Shown piece by piece: positions 18,086 to 28,079 of a stretch of 64,000 nucleotides of DNA; positions within the stretch are counted from its first letter, which is position 1, and each line of letters opens with the position of its first letter. A model generated the notes under the pieces. The model was not told where the DNA came from and made no database searches. It worked only from the letters and a program-made list of their open reading frames with translations. Made by a program: the position numbers and the translations under genes. The stretch lies in NCBI GenBank assembly GCA_964607415.1, contig CAZSKK010000002.1:224585-288584 (forward strand). Reading direction: 5' to 3'. This DNA is from an uncultured Candidatus Saccharibacteria bacterium. GTDB taxonomy: Bacteria > Patescibacteriota > Dojkabacteria > J137.

Positions 18086-20383
18086 TTGTATTGCATCAAA
18101 AAATTTAATATGGCACGACGCAAAAAAAAGCACATAACATACGACAGTAAAGAAACCTCTTCATTCTTGGGGCTAATATGCATTCTAGCAGGGTTATTCT
18201 TCTTTATTTCGATCTTTACAGTATCCGAAACAGAAAGTAATCTTTTTATGCGAACCAAAGATATTTTTGGACAATCTACAATTGTTACTGCTCTTTTCTT
18301 AACTAATTTAGGTCTCTACTTATTAGGTACAAGATTACCTTTTACAAAAAAATTAAGCTTAATAGGACAATTTGCATTAACTTTAATTATTCCAGCACTT
18401 TTAACAAGTTTTTCAACAACGCCAAGAGAACTTTCTAGATTGGCAGGTAACGATGTTTTAGGAGGCCATGTGGGTTACTACTTTGTGCAAACCATTTTTG
18501 GAGATAAGTTCCCAACAGAGCCTGCAACTAAGTTTATTCTTCTTCTAGCCACTTTAATAATGATTCCTATTGCATTTTCAATGTCTGTTAGCGAAATTGT
18601 CAGTAAGTTGGAAGTAATTTTTAAGTGGCTGGGCAATACCATCAAAGTAATTTTGATTGAAAGAAATGAAGAAAATCCTGAAAAATCTAAAAAACAAAAA
18701 TTACAAGAAGAAGAAGTAAAAGCATCAACATTTGGCGATTTTAATAAACTTCTTGTAAATAAAAAACTTGAACAACAGCTGAAGAACGATCAGTCTAAGG
18801 TTGAACTGACATCTCATAAAACACTTGATATTCAAAAGCCGGTTGATAAATTACCTAAAAAAGATATTGATATTACTGATGTAGAAATCAAAGAAGCAGA
18901 AATAGGTGATGAAGGCTTAAAATCTGATGAACTTAAGTTTCCAGCATGGAAACTACCTCCGTTAAGTTTGCTTTTACCTTACAAAAAAGAGAAACCTAAC
19001 GAACCATCTATACAACAAAATGCAAGGATAATTGAACAGATCTTACAAAGTTTTGACATTGAAGCCAAGGTCGAAGATGCATTTATTGGACCCTCTGTTG
19101 TGCAGTACGCTCTTAACATTCCTTTAGGAATTAATGTTAAAAAAATTAGTAATTTAAACGAAAATATAGCTCTTGCTTTAGGAGTAGATTCCAAAGCAGT
19201 AAGAATTGAATCTATTCCCGAAACTACATATTTAGGTATTGAAATTCCAAGAAGCAAAAGGGATCTTGTTAGATTCAAAGAGCTTATGGATTCTGAGTCC
19301 ATGGAAGGATCTAAATATCAATTACCAGTTCCTATAGGAAAAGACATTAATGGAGAGCCAATAATTGGTGCAATTGAAAAAATGCCTCATCTTTTAATTG
19401 CTGGGGCAACTGGATCGGGTAAGTCTGTTGTTACAAACTCATTTATCTCATCTCTTTTAATGAAGAAAACTCCAGACGAATTAAGACTAATTCTTGTTGA
19501 TCCAAAACAAGTTGAATTCTCTGACTATAATGGGATTCCAAACTTATTGGCGCCTGTTATTACTGATATGAACCTTGTTCCAACAGCACTTGAATGGGCA
19601 GTGGGAGAAATGGAAAAACGCTATAGTATTTTAGCAGGAGAACAAGTTCGAAATATTGAAGGATATAATGCTAAAAAAGGCTTTGCAAGTATGCCTTATA
19701 TTGTAATAGTAATCGATGAAATGGCAGATATGATGTTATCTGGAGAACGTGCAAAGATTGAAATGGCGATTGTAAGATTAGCCCAAAAAGCTAGAGCTGT
19801 GGGAATTCACTTAATTCTTGCGACACAGAGACCTTCAGTAAATGTTATTACAGGTATCATTAAAGCAAATATTCCAGGTCGAATTGGAATGAGCGTTACA
19901 AGTAGTACAGACTCGAGAGTTATTTTAGATAGAATTGGTGCAGAGAGTTTGATGGGACATGGAGATTTATTATTCAAAGCACCAGATAAGACTAAATCTG
20001 CAAGGCTTCAAGGATCGTTTATAGATCAAGAAGAAGTCATAAGAATTGTTGAATTTATAAAATCACAATCACCTGAAGTTGAATACCTTGATTTTGAAAA
20101 AATTAAAAGCAAACATGCAGTTGGATCAGATGATATGTCTACAATTTCAGGAATATCTGAAAGTAATATGTTAGAGCAGGCAATTAGAATAATTGTTCAA
20201 AGCAAAAAAGGATCTGCTTCATATTTGCAAAGAAGATTAAACATCGGGTTTAATAGAGCGGCAAGACTTTTGGAAGAACTGGAAGAATTGGGTGTAGTAG
20301 GACCTGCAAATGGAAGCAAACCTCGAGAGGTTTTGATTTTTGATGCAGATGAATTTCTTGCAAATATGAGAGGAGGAATCTAA
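18086..20383 (+). CDS. ftsK: DNA translocase FtsK/SpoIIIE
   Basis: N-terminal TM segments, GATGSGKSV Walker A, VIDEMADMM, ATQRPS, C-terminal gamma winged helix (ASYLQRRLNIGFNRAARLLEELEELG). Confidence 0.95.
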   Translation: MYCIKKFNMARRKKKHITYDSKETSSFLGLICILAGLFFFISIFTVSETESNLFMRTKDIFGQSTIVTALFLTNLGLYLLGTRLPFTKKLSLIGQFALTLIIPALLTSFSTTPRELSRLAGNDVLGGHVGYYFVQTIFGDKFPTEPATKFILLLATLIMIPIAFSMSVSEIVSKLEVIFKWLGNTIKVILIERNEENPEKSKKQKLQEEEVKASTFGDFNKLLVNKKLEQQLKNDQSKVELTSHKTLDIQKPVDKLPKKDIDITDVEIKEAEIGDEGLKSDELKFPAWKLPPLSLLLPYKKEKPNEPSIQQNARIIEQILQSFDIEAKVEDAFIGPSVVQYALNIPLGINVKKISNLNENIALALGVDSKAVRIESIPETTYLGIEIPRSKRDLVRFKELMDSESMEGSKYQLPVPIGKDINGEPIIGAIEKMPHLLIAGATGSGKSVVTNSFISSLLMKKTPDELRLILVDPKQVEFSDYNGIPNLLAPVITDMNLVPTALEWAVGEMEKRYSILAGEQVRNIEGYNAKKGFASMPYIVIVIDEMADMMLSGERAKIEMAIVRLAQKARAVGIHLILATQRPSVNVITGIIKANIPGRIGMSVTSSTDSRVILDRIGAESLMGHGDLLFKAPDKTKSARLQGSFIDQEEVIRIVEFIKSQSPEVEYLDFEKIKSKHAVGSDDMSTISGISESNMLEQAIRIIVQSKKGSASYLQRRLNIGFNRAARLLEELEELGVVGPANGSKPREVLIFDADEFLANMRGGI

Positions 20384-20445
20384 TTTTCAATTTTATAAAG
20401 ATCAATTTACACTATAATTTATCAGTAAATTCTTTATGCTTACAA

Positions 20446-20595
20446 ACCACATAATCTACATAGTTCTAACCTTCATAATTGGCCTTTTAACTGGCTGGTC
20501 CTCAGTAGGGTTTTATAAGAAAGCAAAAAAAACCTTGAAGTTGTTACGTGTAAACAAAAATAACCCTGAACTAGAAAACCTTTAATATAGATAAA
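20446..20595 (+). CDS. Possible small membrane protein (49 aa)
   Basis: MLTNHIIYIVLTFIIGLLTGWSSVGFYKKAKKTLKLLRVNKNNPELENL; one TM plus basic tail; below ORF-track cutoff. Confidence 0.2.
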
Positions 20596-20619
20596 TCTAG
20601 TGAAATAAGGAATTGTCAT

Positions 20620-20802
20620 TTACTTATTCAGATGCTCTTCCAAGCCCGGAGAAATCAGGTTAGGATTTGTGATAGGGTTTATGGTAAGCTCGAATTTGGA
20701 TCTACTTCCGGTTGAAATCTGATAAACTTCCCAGCCTAAAGTGAATACTAAGGCCAGAACTCCTATTAGAATTAGATATAACCAGGACTTGTTTAAAGAC
20801 AT
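20620..20802 (-). CDS. Possible small membrane protein (60 aa)
   Basis: Single TM helix LYLILIGVLALVFTLGW. Confidence 0.2.
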   Translation of the reverse strand: MSLNKSWLYLILIGVLALVFTLGWEVYQISTGSRSKFELTINPITNPNLISPGLEEHLNK

Positions 20803-20901
20803 AAAAGTTAAATAACGATTTAAGATTCAGAATCCAAGACTAAAAATAATGTTACTATTAAATGAATATTCCTATGACAAATATATCTGCCCTCTTTTCC
20901 T

Positions 20902-21540
20902 CTACTGCTCTAGCAAACTTTCACGCCAAAAATACTCTACTTTAAATGATCCCATAAAAATATTATTGCTTATCGGTTTTCCAGTTTGCTGATCCGTAGC
21001 CACCTGAAATGATACATTAACGATATTGTAAATTCTTTTTGAATTTTCAAGTGAGTCCATAAATTTTAAAATACTATCCTTATCTCCCTGAATTGAAAAT
21101 CCAACTTCTTGTGCTTGAACATTAGGTGTGACTGCAAATTCTGCATCTGGAGTTTGCCTTCTTGTTCCAGCTTCTGCAAAGGTTATACTTCTTAAGACCA
21201 AATTGTTCAAGGTTGCCAGCTGATTAATTTCAGAAACCGCATCTTTTTGATCAAGCTGATTAGAAAATACATTATCGAAAATCTCTAATGTTTCCGCTTT
21301 TTCAGATTCTTGCAGGGTTAGATTTTTAAGTGTATTTAACTTAGTTTCAAGCTGAAGTATGCCTTCGTCTCTTTTTTTATTCTCTTCAAATTGGCCAAGA
21401 ACGGAACTAAAAGCAGGGATAACCCCACCTATCAATATTACTAGAAGAAATAAAAATGTTATCGCTGCAACAAAGTAAGTTTTATTCTTACTAGTTTTCA
21501 GGTATTGCTCTAACGTATATCTAGGTCTGAATTCTGCCAT
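20902..21540 (-). CDS. PilO-like type IV pilus assembly protein (TM + coiled coil + periplasmic domain)
   Basis: Architecture and size; directly downstream of a PilN-like gene. Confidence 0.4.
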   Translation of the reverse strand: MAEFRPRYTLEQYLKTSKNKTYFVAAITFLFLLVILIGGVIPAFSSVLGQFEENKKRDEGILQLETKLNTLKNLTLQESEKAETLEIFDNVFSNQLDQKDAVSEINQLATLNNLVLRSITFAEAGTRRQTPDAEFAVTPNVQAQEVGFSIQGDKDSILKFMDSLENSKRIYNIVNVSFQVATDQQTGKPISNNIFMGSFKVEYFWRESLLEQ

Positions 21541-21571
21541 ATATGAACAAGTTTTAACACCTGCCTTTCCA

Positions 21572-21603
21572 GAGAATGCATATTATGCATTTCGAATGCA
21601 GCT
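21572..21603. repeat. Family A dispersed element copy 1 (GAGAATGCATATTATGCATTtCGAATGCAGCT)
   Basis: One of 4 near-identical copies; contains inverted repeat GAATGCATA-T-TATGCATTC; shares 50 or more extra nt of similarity with copy 2. Confidence 0.8.
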
Positions 21604-21706
21604 AGCTTAGCTCCATTCAACAGCACAATGGCTGTCTCGAGTCGATTTCTGAACTTTGTTTCAGAATCGGATGAGGCAAATTAAATAATTTTTCTACTCA
21701 ACAGCA

Positions 21707-22279
21707 CTATATTTCTTCCCTTAATCTATTTTCTTTATTGATTATTGCTACTAAGACATATTTTCCAGTGTTCGTTTCCACATCTTCACTTTCAACAACT
21801 AAATTATCAATATAAGCGCTGGAGAAAGTTGGCGATGATTCCATTGACGCTTCTATTCTCTTTAAAGATTCAAGATCTATAGAACCCGAAACAGATACTT
21901 TGTCCGAGCTTACAGTTACATTTAAGTCTGAAGACGAGTTCCCTAGATACGAATAAACTTCTGTTAATATTTGCGAATATTTGTTTGTCTGATTCCACAA
22001 AAGCCTGTAGTCCGAATCTTTAGCTTGAATTTCCCTGAATTTAGGCTCCTTTTCCAGTGCAAAAAATTTCACTTCATTATTAAGTTGCTCTATTTTCTTA
22101 TCTTTACTCTTAGCCTGAGTATCAACTACTATTTTAGAGACAAAAGCAATAACAACAAGAATTTCCGTAAAAATGATAACAATTCTTGCTCTTTGAATTA
22201 GCCAGTCATAAATCTTATCCCACACGGTTAAAGGTGGTACTTCTGGTTTTAATAAATTGAATATTCTTTTTTTAGCCAT
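21707..22279 (-). CDS. PilN-like type IV pilus assembly protein
   Basis: Short cytoplasmic N-terminus, single TM, coiled coil, periplasmic domain; 190 aa. Confidence 0.4.
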   Translation of the reverse strand: MAKKRIFNLLKPEVPPLTVWDKIYDWLIQRARIVIIFTEILVVIAFVSKIVVDTQAKSKDKKIEQLNNEVKFFALEKEPKFREIQAKDSDYRLLWNQTNKYSQILTEVYSYLGNSSSDLNVTVSSDKVSVSGSIDLESLKRIEASMESSPTFSSAYIDNLVVESEDVETNTGKYVLVAIINKENRLREEI

Positions 22280-22393
22280 AAAATGTAAAGCAAAATCAAA
22301 GCTTTAACTATATAATAATACAAAACAGAAATAATTTTCTAATAAACTTAATTTTTTTAATTTTTGAAACAATAAAATATACTAGTGCTACAG

Positions 22394-22435
22394 TAGTAAT
22401 TCATTGCAGAACAGTTAGCTAGCAACGAATTACTA
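22394..22435. promoter_or_regulatory. 14-bp inverted repeat (TAGTAATTCATTGC-N14-GCAACGAATTACTA) in divergent intergenic region
   Basis: 13/14 complementary arms between pilN-like start and ORF 22457. Confidence 0.3.
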
Positions 22436-22456
22436 TTTACCAAGATTATTTGTATA

Positions 22457-23278
22457 ATGCTATTTGCTATGAGCTATTTGTACACTTTTGACGAAAAAAG
22501 AAAACCAATCACATTAGAGTCAATTTCTAAAATTTCTGATGAAATTTTAGAAAGCTTAGAAGTACTTATTAATTTTCTGGAAAATGAACTTAATCATAAC
22601 CTTAATGATTCTTCGGCAAAACGTTTTAATAATGCTCAGATAAATTTTCCAGTTATTTTGGAAGAGGCATTCTTAGACTATCTCGCTGAAAACATAACAA
22701 TTCAAAGTGATTTCGGCAATGGTTTTAATCCTTTCCAGTACGATTCAGCAGCTTCAGATTCATTAAATGCTATAATTATTATCGATAAAGCCAGTAAAAC
22801 TGTTGTTAAAGCTAAAAATGTCAGATTTAACAGTTTGAAAATGTTTGATACTTTTTTACTGATAAAGATTAAAGAATTTTTGCTAGAAAACAGAATAAAC
22901 GATTTTTTATTACAAAGAGAAAGCAACAATATTGCAGTAGGAGAGTCTGTTTGGACTGCAAAGTATAGTACAGCCAATCTTGATGAGAGTTTAACCATAA
23001 AACTGAAAAACGAGTCAGTAAAGATGATAGATTTTACGGAATTGCAACCAGACAATGATTCAACGGTCAAGTTTGGGGCAGTAAGCAATGATTTAGAGCC
23101 AATAATTTATATTTTGCATGGAAATCAGTTGGACTATCTTACCGCTGTAAAAAACATGATGAAAAGTTTTGTTAAAAGGACTAAAATACAAGAAGTCGCA
23201 AATAAATATAAAATTTCTATTACAACTATAACAAACGATAAACAAATCGAAAGATTTGATCCTATAAGGAATGACTAA
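22457..23278 (+). CDS. Hypothetical protein
   Basis: 273 aa ORF, no recognisable motif. Confidence 0.3.
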   Translation: MLFAMSYLYTFDEKRKPITLESISKISDEILESLEVLINFLENELNHNLNDSSAKRFNNAQINFPVILEEAFLDYLAENITIQSDFGNGFNPFQYDSAASDSLNAIIIIDKASKTVVKAKNVRFNSLKMFDTFLLIKIKEFLLENRINDFLLQRESNNIAVGESVWTAKYSTANLDESLTIKLKNESVKMIDFTELQPDNDSTVKFGAVSNDLEPIIYILHGNQLDYLTAVKNMMKSFVKRTKIQEVANKYKISITTITNDKQIERFDPIRND

Positions 23279-24017
23279 ATCTACAAAACTAAAACTTTCT
23301 GTTGTAATCCCTGCTTTTAACGAAGAAGAATCACTGCCGAAAGTTATTAAAGCTTTAAAAAAACAAACCTTCAAAGATACTTTTGAAATAATTGTTGTTG
23401 ATAATAACTCTATAGATAAAACAGCAAGCGTTGCCAAAAAGCTTGGAGCAAAAGTCGTTTTTGAGCCGAGAAAAGGTACTCGTTTTGCTTATGATGCTGG
23501 AATGAGGGCCGCTACCGGCGAAATTATTGCAGTAACCAATGCAGATGTTAAACTACCAAAAAACTGGCTTTCCACTTTATTAAAATATTACGAAGATCCA
23601 GAAGTTGTTGGCGTAGGGACACATATAGATTTTTATAACTGCCCTAAATATGTTAACTTCATTTGGTATGTTATTAAGGAATTGGGTGATATTGCATTAA
23701 AAACAGGTTTACTTGAAGTTAAAGAAAGAACATTTTGGGGTCCTTCCATGTCTTGCAGAAGAGATGTCTTCTATAAAGTAGGTGGCATCAACCAAGGAAG
23801 TGATACAAATGAAGATTACATTTTTACACAATTAATTAGGAAACACGGCAAGGCTCCTTATGTTTATGATACAACTGTTTTGATCGATGGCAGAAGATAT
23901 GCAGGTGGATTATTAAATGCTATTTCTAACTGGGCAAATGGCATTGGGCTGAACTCGCTTTCTTTAATGTTCAGAAAAAAATCAGTAATTAAAAACTTCA
24001 AAGACGTAAGACGCTAA
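23271..24017 (+). CDS. Family 2 glycosyltransferase
   Basis: LSVVIPAFNEEESL ... VVDNNSIDKT GT2 signature. Confidence 0.85.
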   Translation: MTKSTKLKLSVVIPAFNEEESLPKVIKALKKQTFKDTFEIIVVDNNSIDKTASVAKKLGAKVVFEPRKGTRFAYDAGMRAATGEIIAVTNADVKLPKNWLSTLLKYYEDPEVVGVGTHIDFYNCPKYVNFIWYVIKELGDIALKTGLLEVKERTFWGPSMSCRRDVFYKVGGINQGSDTNEDYIFTQLIRKHGKAPYVYDTTVLIDGRRYAGGLLNAISNWANGIGLNSLSLMFRKKSVIKNFKDVRR

Positions 24018-24256
24018 AATCGTAATTACAAAGCTACAAATTTTCAAGTTACAAACAATTTTCAACTAACTCGAAATCAGGAGTAACTCATTAGTGTCAC
24101 TTCGAACCAACCTTTGGCAGGATGAGAAACAGGCACTTAATGGCTTTTTGTGTATCGTTCTCGTCAAAGCCAATGCTTTGCTCGACTGCACATCATTAGC
24201 CACTCTCAAAGCTACTAACCTAAGCTCTTTTGCTCTCTTCCTCTTTACCTCAATTG

Positions 24257-25672
24257 CTACTCTTCGTCTTCATTGTCCGCACACTCGTTAATTCTTGCAA
24301 TAATATTAACAACTTGTTGATTAAATCCATCTTGTATCATCATTTTACTTCTAACTTTATCAATTGCATGTAAAACAGTTGTATGATCTTTTCTGTTAAG
24401 AAAATTTGCAATTTGTTCAAGTTTATAATTAAATTCTTCTCTTAAAATATACATTGCTACTTGCCTTGCCAATGCTAGCTCTTTTGTCCTTCTTGGACCT
24501 TTAATATCTTTGACTGTTAAATTAAAAGCTTTAGCAACTTCTTTTAAAATTTTTGGTAATTTTACCTTTTCTCTTTTTGCTTTTGTATCTAAGCCTAAAC
24601 AGTGTGCTACCTCTTCCATTGTAAGCTCTCCTTCAGGTTTCATTTGATTAAACAGGCTTACTTTTTGAAGTGCGCCTTCCAATGCCCTTATATTATCTGG
24701 TATCGACCTTGCAACAAATTCAAGAATTTGATTATTTAAACTAAAACCGAATGACTCCGATTTTCTATTTACTATTGCAAGTCTCATTTCATAATCAGGC
24801 GTTCCAACATCAACAACCATGCCGCCCTGCATTCTTGATCTCAAACGACTTTCAAGATTTTGTATTTCTTCCGGTCGCCTATCTGCAATCATAATGATTT
24901 GCTTTCCAGCGTTATACAACTCGTTAAAAGTATTAAAAAATTCCTCCTGAGTTACTATCCACTTTGAAATTAATTGCATATCATCGATAATCAAAACATC
25001 CACAGGTCTATACCTATTTCTAAATTTCTCTTGTTGCCCTGTTTTAATTGCTCTAACCATATCATTCAAAAAACCTTCTGAACTTGTATATACTATTTTT
25101 CTTTTTATATTTCTTTCTAGAATTGATCGTCCGATTGCTTGTGCAAGATGTGTTTTTCCAACTCCAGTTTTCCCGTAAATAAAAAGTGGATTATAAATCT
25201 GACCTGGTCTTTCAATTATTGCTAACGACGCAGCATGAGCAATTCTGTTAGGATTTCCAACTATGTAGTTAGACATCGAATATTTTGGGTTTAATCCTGA
25301 TGCAACGACTTCATCCAGCACACTCCCCATAATCCCATTTTCAGCAGAAAGAATAGAACTAGAATCTACATAAGACCTGCTGTCTTCTTGAACGATAGAA
25401 GATTCTATCTGAGATTGTTGATAAACCTCAAAAACTGGTATAAGGCTATCGCCATATACATAACTGATAGTGTCTTTAATAAGGTTGTCGTATCTAACTT
25501 TTAGCCACTCTGAAGTATAGGGATTAGGTACTCCAATAACAGCCTTTTTCCCATCCACTTTTATTAATTTAGTATCCTGAAAAAAAGTTTTGAAGGTTGC
25601 TGGAGCATCTAGCTTGATCTCTATTTGAGCCAATGTGGTTTTCCAGAGCTGGTCGTGTTCACGTACTTTCAT
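24257..25672 (-). CDS. dnaA: Chromosomal replication initiator DnaA
   Basis: AAA+ GKTGVGKTHL, DDMQ, C-terminal DNA-binding domain KELALARQVAMYILRE..TTVLHAIDKV. Confidence 0.95.
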   Translation of the reverse strand: MKVREHDQLWKTTLAQIEIKLDAPATFKTFFQDTKLIKVDGKKAVIGVPNPYTSEWLKVRYDNLIKDTISYVYGDSLIPVFEVYQQSQIESSIVQEDSRSYVDSSSILSAENGIMGSVLDEVVASGLNPKYSMSNYIVGNPNRIAHAASLAIIERPGQIYNPLFIYGKTGVGKTHLAQAIGRSILERNIKRKIVYTSSEGFLNDMVRAIKTGQQEKFRNRYRPVDVLIIDDMQLISKWIVTQEEFFNTFNELYNAGKQIIMIADRRPEEIQNLESRLRSRMQGGMVVDVGTPDYEMRLAIVNRKSESFGFSLNNQILEFVARSIPDNIRALEGALQKVSLFNQMKPEGELTMEEVAHCLGLDTKAKREKVKLPKILKEVAKAFNLTVKDIKGPRRTKELALARQVAMYILREEFNYKLEQIANFLNRKDHTTVLHAIDKVRSKMMIQDGFNQQVVNIIARINECADNEDEE

Positions 25673-25968
25673 AAAATTGATTTAAAAGAGTAACTAAAAA
25701 AGATCAGAAAGTTGAAATTTCCTGATTCTTTATCCAAAAGGGTGCCGCATAAAGGATTTGCACGACTTTGTAATGAAAATTTCAAGGTAGTAGACTAAGG
25801 ATATATCCACGTGGATAACTTGTAAAGATCCTATAGTCGAATAAGACTAGATTGCTTTATAGGTCAGTAAATTTTCTTATTGGCCATTATAAAATTAGGT
25901 GGAATATTTTAAATATTCTTATCCTACTTCATTCTACCAAATAGTAGCTAATGTGCTAAAATTTTCTT
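25673..25968. promoter_or_regulatory. Candidate oriC / dnaA promoter region with DnaA boxes
   Basis: TTATCCAAA (25729-25737); palindromic pair TATCCACGTGGATA (25804-25817); TTATCCTAC (about 25939); AT-rich. Confidence 0.5.
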
Positions 25969-26247
25969 ATGAACGACACCGATAGAATAAAAAAACTTGA
26001 AGAAGAAGTAGCCAAAATTAAACTTCGAAATATCAAGGTAGAGCAAAATAAAGCATGGGAAACCAGCATCCATAGGAAATTAATAATCACAATTCTAACA
26101 TACGTAGTAATGTGCCTTATCATGAGCCAGCTTGATGTTGAGCGTTTTTACTTGAGTGCAATTATTCCGACGCTAGGATTTGTTTTGTCATCGCTTTCTC
26201 TTAACTTCTTTAAACGAATTTGGATAAAATACAGCAGTAAAGCCTAA
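25969..26247 (+). CDS. Hypothetical small membrane protein
   Basis: 92 aa, two hydrophobic helices. Confidence 0.3.
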   Translation: MNDTDRIKKLEEEVAKIKLRNIKVEQNKAWETSIHRKLIITILTYVVMCLIMSQLDVERFYLSAIIPTLGFVLSSLSLNFFKRIWIKYSSKA

Positions 26248-26402
26248 GAGACTTAGAGGAGGAGAACGAAAGAGCATTAAAGGTAGATAAAATGTGCTTC
26301 AGTTCACTTGCCAGCCTTTTAGAGGCAACGAGCGAAAAGAATCATATTTCATGTTTATTTTTAGCTCTATTATCATAGCTATAAGCTAAATGCTTTTTAA
26401 TC

Positions 26403-26732
26403 ATGGATCATAAAATTAGTAAATTTTCTTTGCTATATTCGATTTACAATCTACTTGTTTCTTTGCCTAAAGAGCTTGCAAAACTGCTGATAAAGTTCTA
26501 CCAATTCTTTCTCTCATTCGACAATTCGTTCTGGGCTAAATGGGTTAACATGCCTGTTTGTATACACTACCCTACTTGCTCTCAGTACACTTATGAAGCA
26601 ATAGATAAATTTGGAGTTATTAAAGGTTCCGTTATGGGGTTTTTTAGAATCATAAGATGCAACCCTTTTTCAGAAGGAGGATACGATCCGGTGCCAGAGA
26701 AATTTAGTATAAGGAAGAGCCCAACTAGTTAA
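26403..26732 (+). CDS. yidD: Membrane protein insertion efficiency factor YidD
   Basis: [19 protein letters not shown]...[16 protein letters not shown]. Confidence 0.8.
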   Translation: MDHKISKFSLLYSIYNLLVSLPKELAKLLIKFYQFFLSFDNSFWAKWVNMPVCIHYPTCSQYTYEAIDKFGVIKGSVMGFFRIIRCNPFSEGGYDPVPEKFSIRKSPTS

Positions 26733-26790
26733 CGTGTTTACGCGTTATGATTTTACGGGTTTTAAATAATAAGCAGGCTTTATTCGCAGA

Positions 26791-28074
26791 TTACTTATTA
26801 CCGAGAAGTTCATCTTCAATCCTCAAAAGTTCGTTATACTTTGCAACTCTATCTGTTCTGCTTGGCGCGCCGGATTTAATTTGACCACAACCTGTTCCAG
26901 TTGCAAGATGAGCTATAAATGTATCCTCAGTTTCGCCACTTCTATGAGACACAATGTTTTTCCAACCTGCATTTAGACTTAATTGCATTGCTTCAAGTGT
27001 TTCCGAAACAGTGCCTATTTGATTAACTTTAACTAAAAGCGCATTACATGCTTTTTTATCTATGGCTTTTTGAATTCTCTTCGTGTTCGTAACCAAAAGA
27101 TCATCCCCTACAACTTGTTCGAGCTTTGTTCCAAAGTGATTAGATTCTTCCAAAAAATCACTCCAACTTGTCCATGAGTCTTCAGAAAAAGGGTCCTCTA
27201 TCGAAATTATTGGGTATTCTTTTAGTAAAAATTTTATGTTATTAATCCACTCTTTTGTGTCTAAAGTTTTTTTATCCAGTCTAAGTTTATACTCATCATC
27301 CGCTTCTCCCGGTTTATTTTCAACAAAAAACTCACTTGCAGCAAAATCAATTCCAATAGCAATATCAACTCCCGGAACAAAGCCTGCTTCCTCTATAGCT
27401 TCAATTAAAAAATCCAAAGCTTCCTTGTTTGATTTTAATTCTGGCGCAAATCCCCCCTCATTTCCAACATTTGTTGAAAACCCTTTTTTCTTTAGCAAAT
27501 CTTCTAATGTGTGGAACACTTCAGAGCCTATTCTTAGTCTCTCAGAAAAAGGCAAATCAACAACCGGTATAATCATAAATTCCTGAATATCTAATACCCA
27601 ATTTGCATGAGCTCCACCATTTAAAATATTAAACATAGGCCTTGGCACTTTTGGTGTACTTCCAAAAAGCTTTGCAATATATTGGTAGGTGTCAAGATTT
27701 GATTCTTTAGCAAGTGCGTTGGTGAATGCCATTGAAAGCGGAAGGATTGCATTCGCACCAATATTTGATTTATTCTGAGTACCATCAAGCTTAATTAAAA
27801 ACTCATCCAATTCTTTAACTGAACCAAAATCTACATTTAAAATTTCTGGTTTTACTTTTTGCTCAAGGTTGTTTACGGCATTTAAAACCCCTAGGCCTTT
27901 ATATCTTTTTGGGTCTGCATCTCTAAGCTCAAGCGCTTCGTGCTCACCTGTTGATGCACCGCTTGGGGTTATACCCCTAGCTTCAATTTTTCCATCAAGT
28001 ATAATATCAACTTCAACTGTTGGATTTCCTCTGGAATCTAGAACTTCTAGTGCATTTAGGTTTGTAATTTTCAT
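26791..28074 (-). CDS. eno: Enolase
   Basis: N-terminal LEVLDSRGNPTVEVD, 427 aa, conserved SHRSGETED. Confidence 0.95.
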   Translation of the reverse strand: MKITNLNALEVLDSRGNPTVEVDIILDGKIEARGITPSGASTGEHEALELRDADPKRYKGLGVLNAVNNLEQKVKPEILNVDFGSVKELDEFLIKLDGTQNKSNIGANAILPLSMAFTNALAKESNLDTYQYIAKLFGSTPKVPRPMFNILNGGAHANWVLDIQEFMIIPVVDLPFSERLRIGSEVFHTLEDLLKKKGFSTNVGNEGGFAPELKSNKEALDFLIEAIEEAGFVPGVDIAIGIDFAASEFFVENKPGEADDEYKLRLDKKTLDTKEWINNIKFLLKEYPIISIEDPFSEDSWTSWSDFLEESNHFGTKLEQVVGDDLLVTNTKRIQKAIDKKACNALLVKVNQIGTVSETLEAMQLSLNAGWKNIVSHRSGETEDTFIAHLATGTGCGQIKSGAPSRTDRVAKYNELLRIEDELLGNK

Positions 28075-28079
28075 AGGGT

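Noticed and set aside
18076-18258. 60-aa minus-strand ORF at the ftsK 5' end
   Set aside because: Antisense to the ftsK start and promoter region. No support.
24110-24140. tRNA-like GGTTCGAA T-loop motif on the minus strand downstream of dnaA
   Set aside because: No complementary T-stem or acceptor stem could be formed. Not a tRNA.
24094-24291. 65-aa plus-strand ORF
   Set aside because: Overlaps the dnaA stop region and the GC-rich non-coding segment. No start context. Treated as non-coding.
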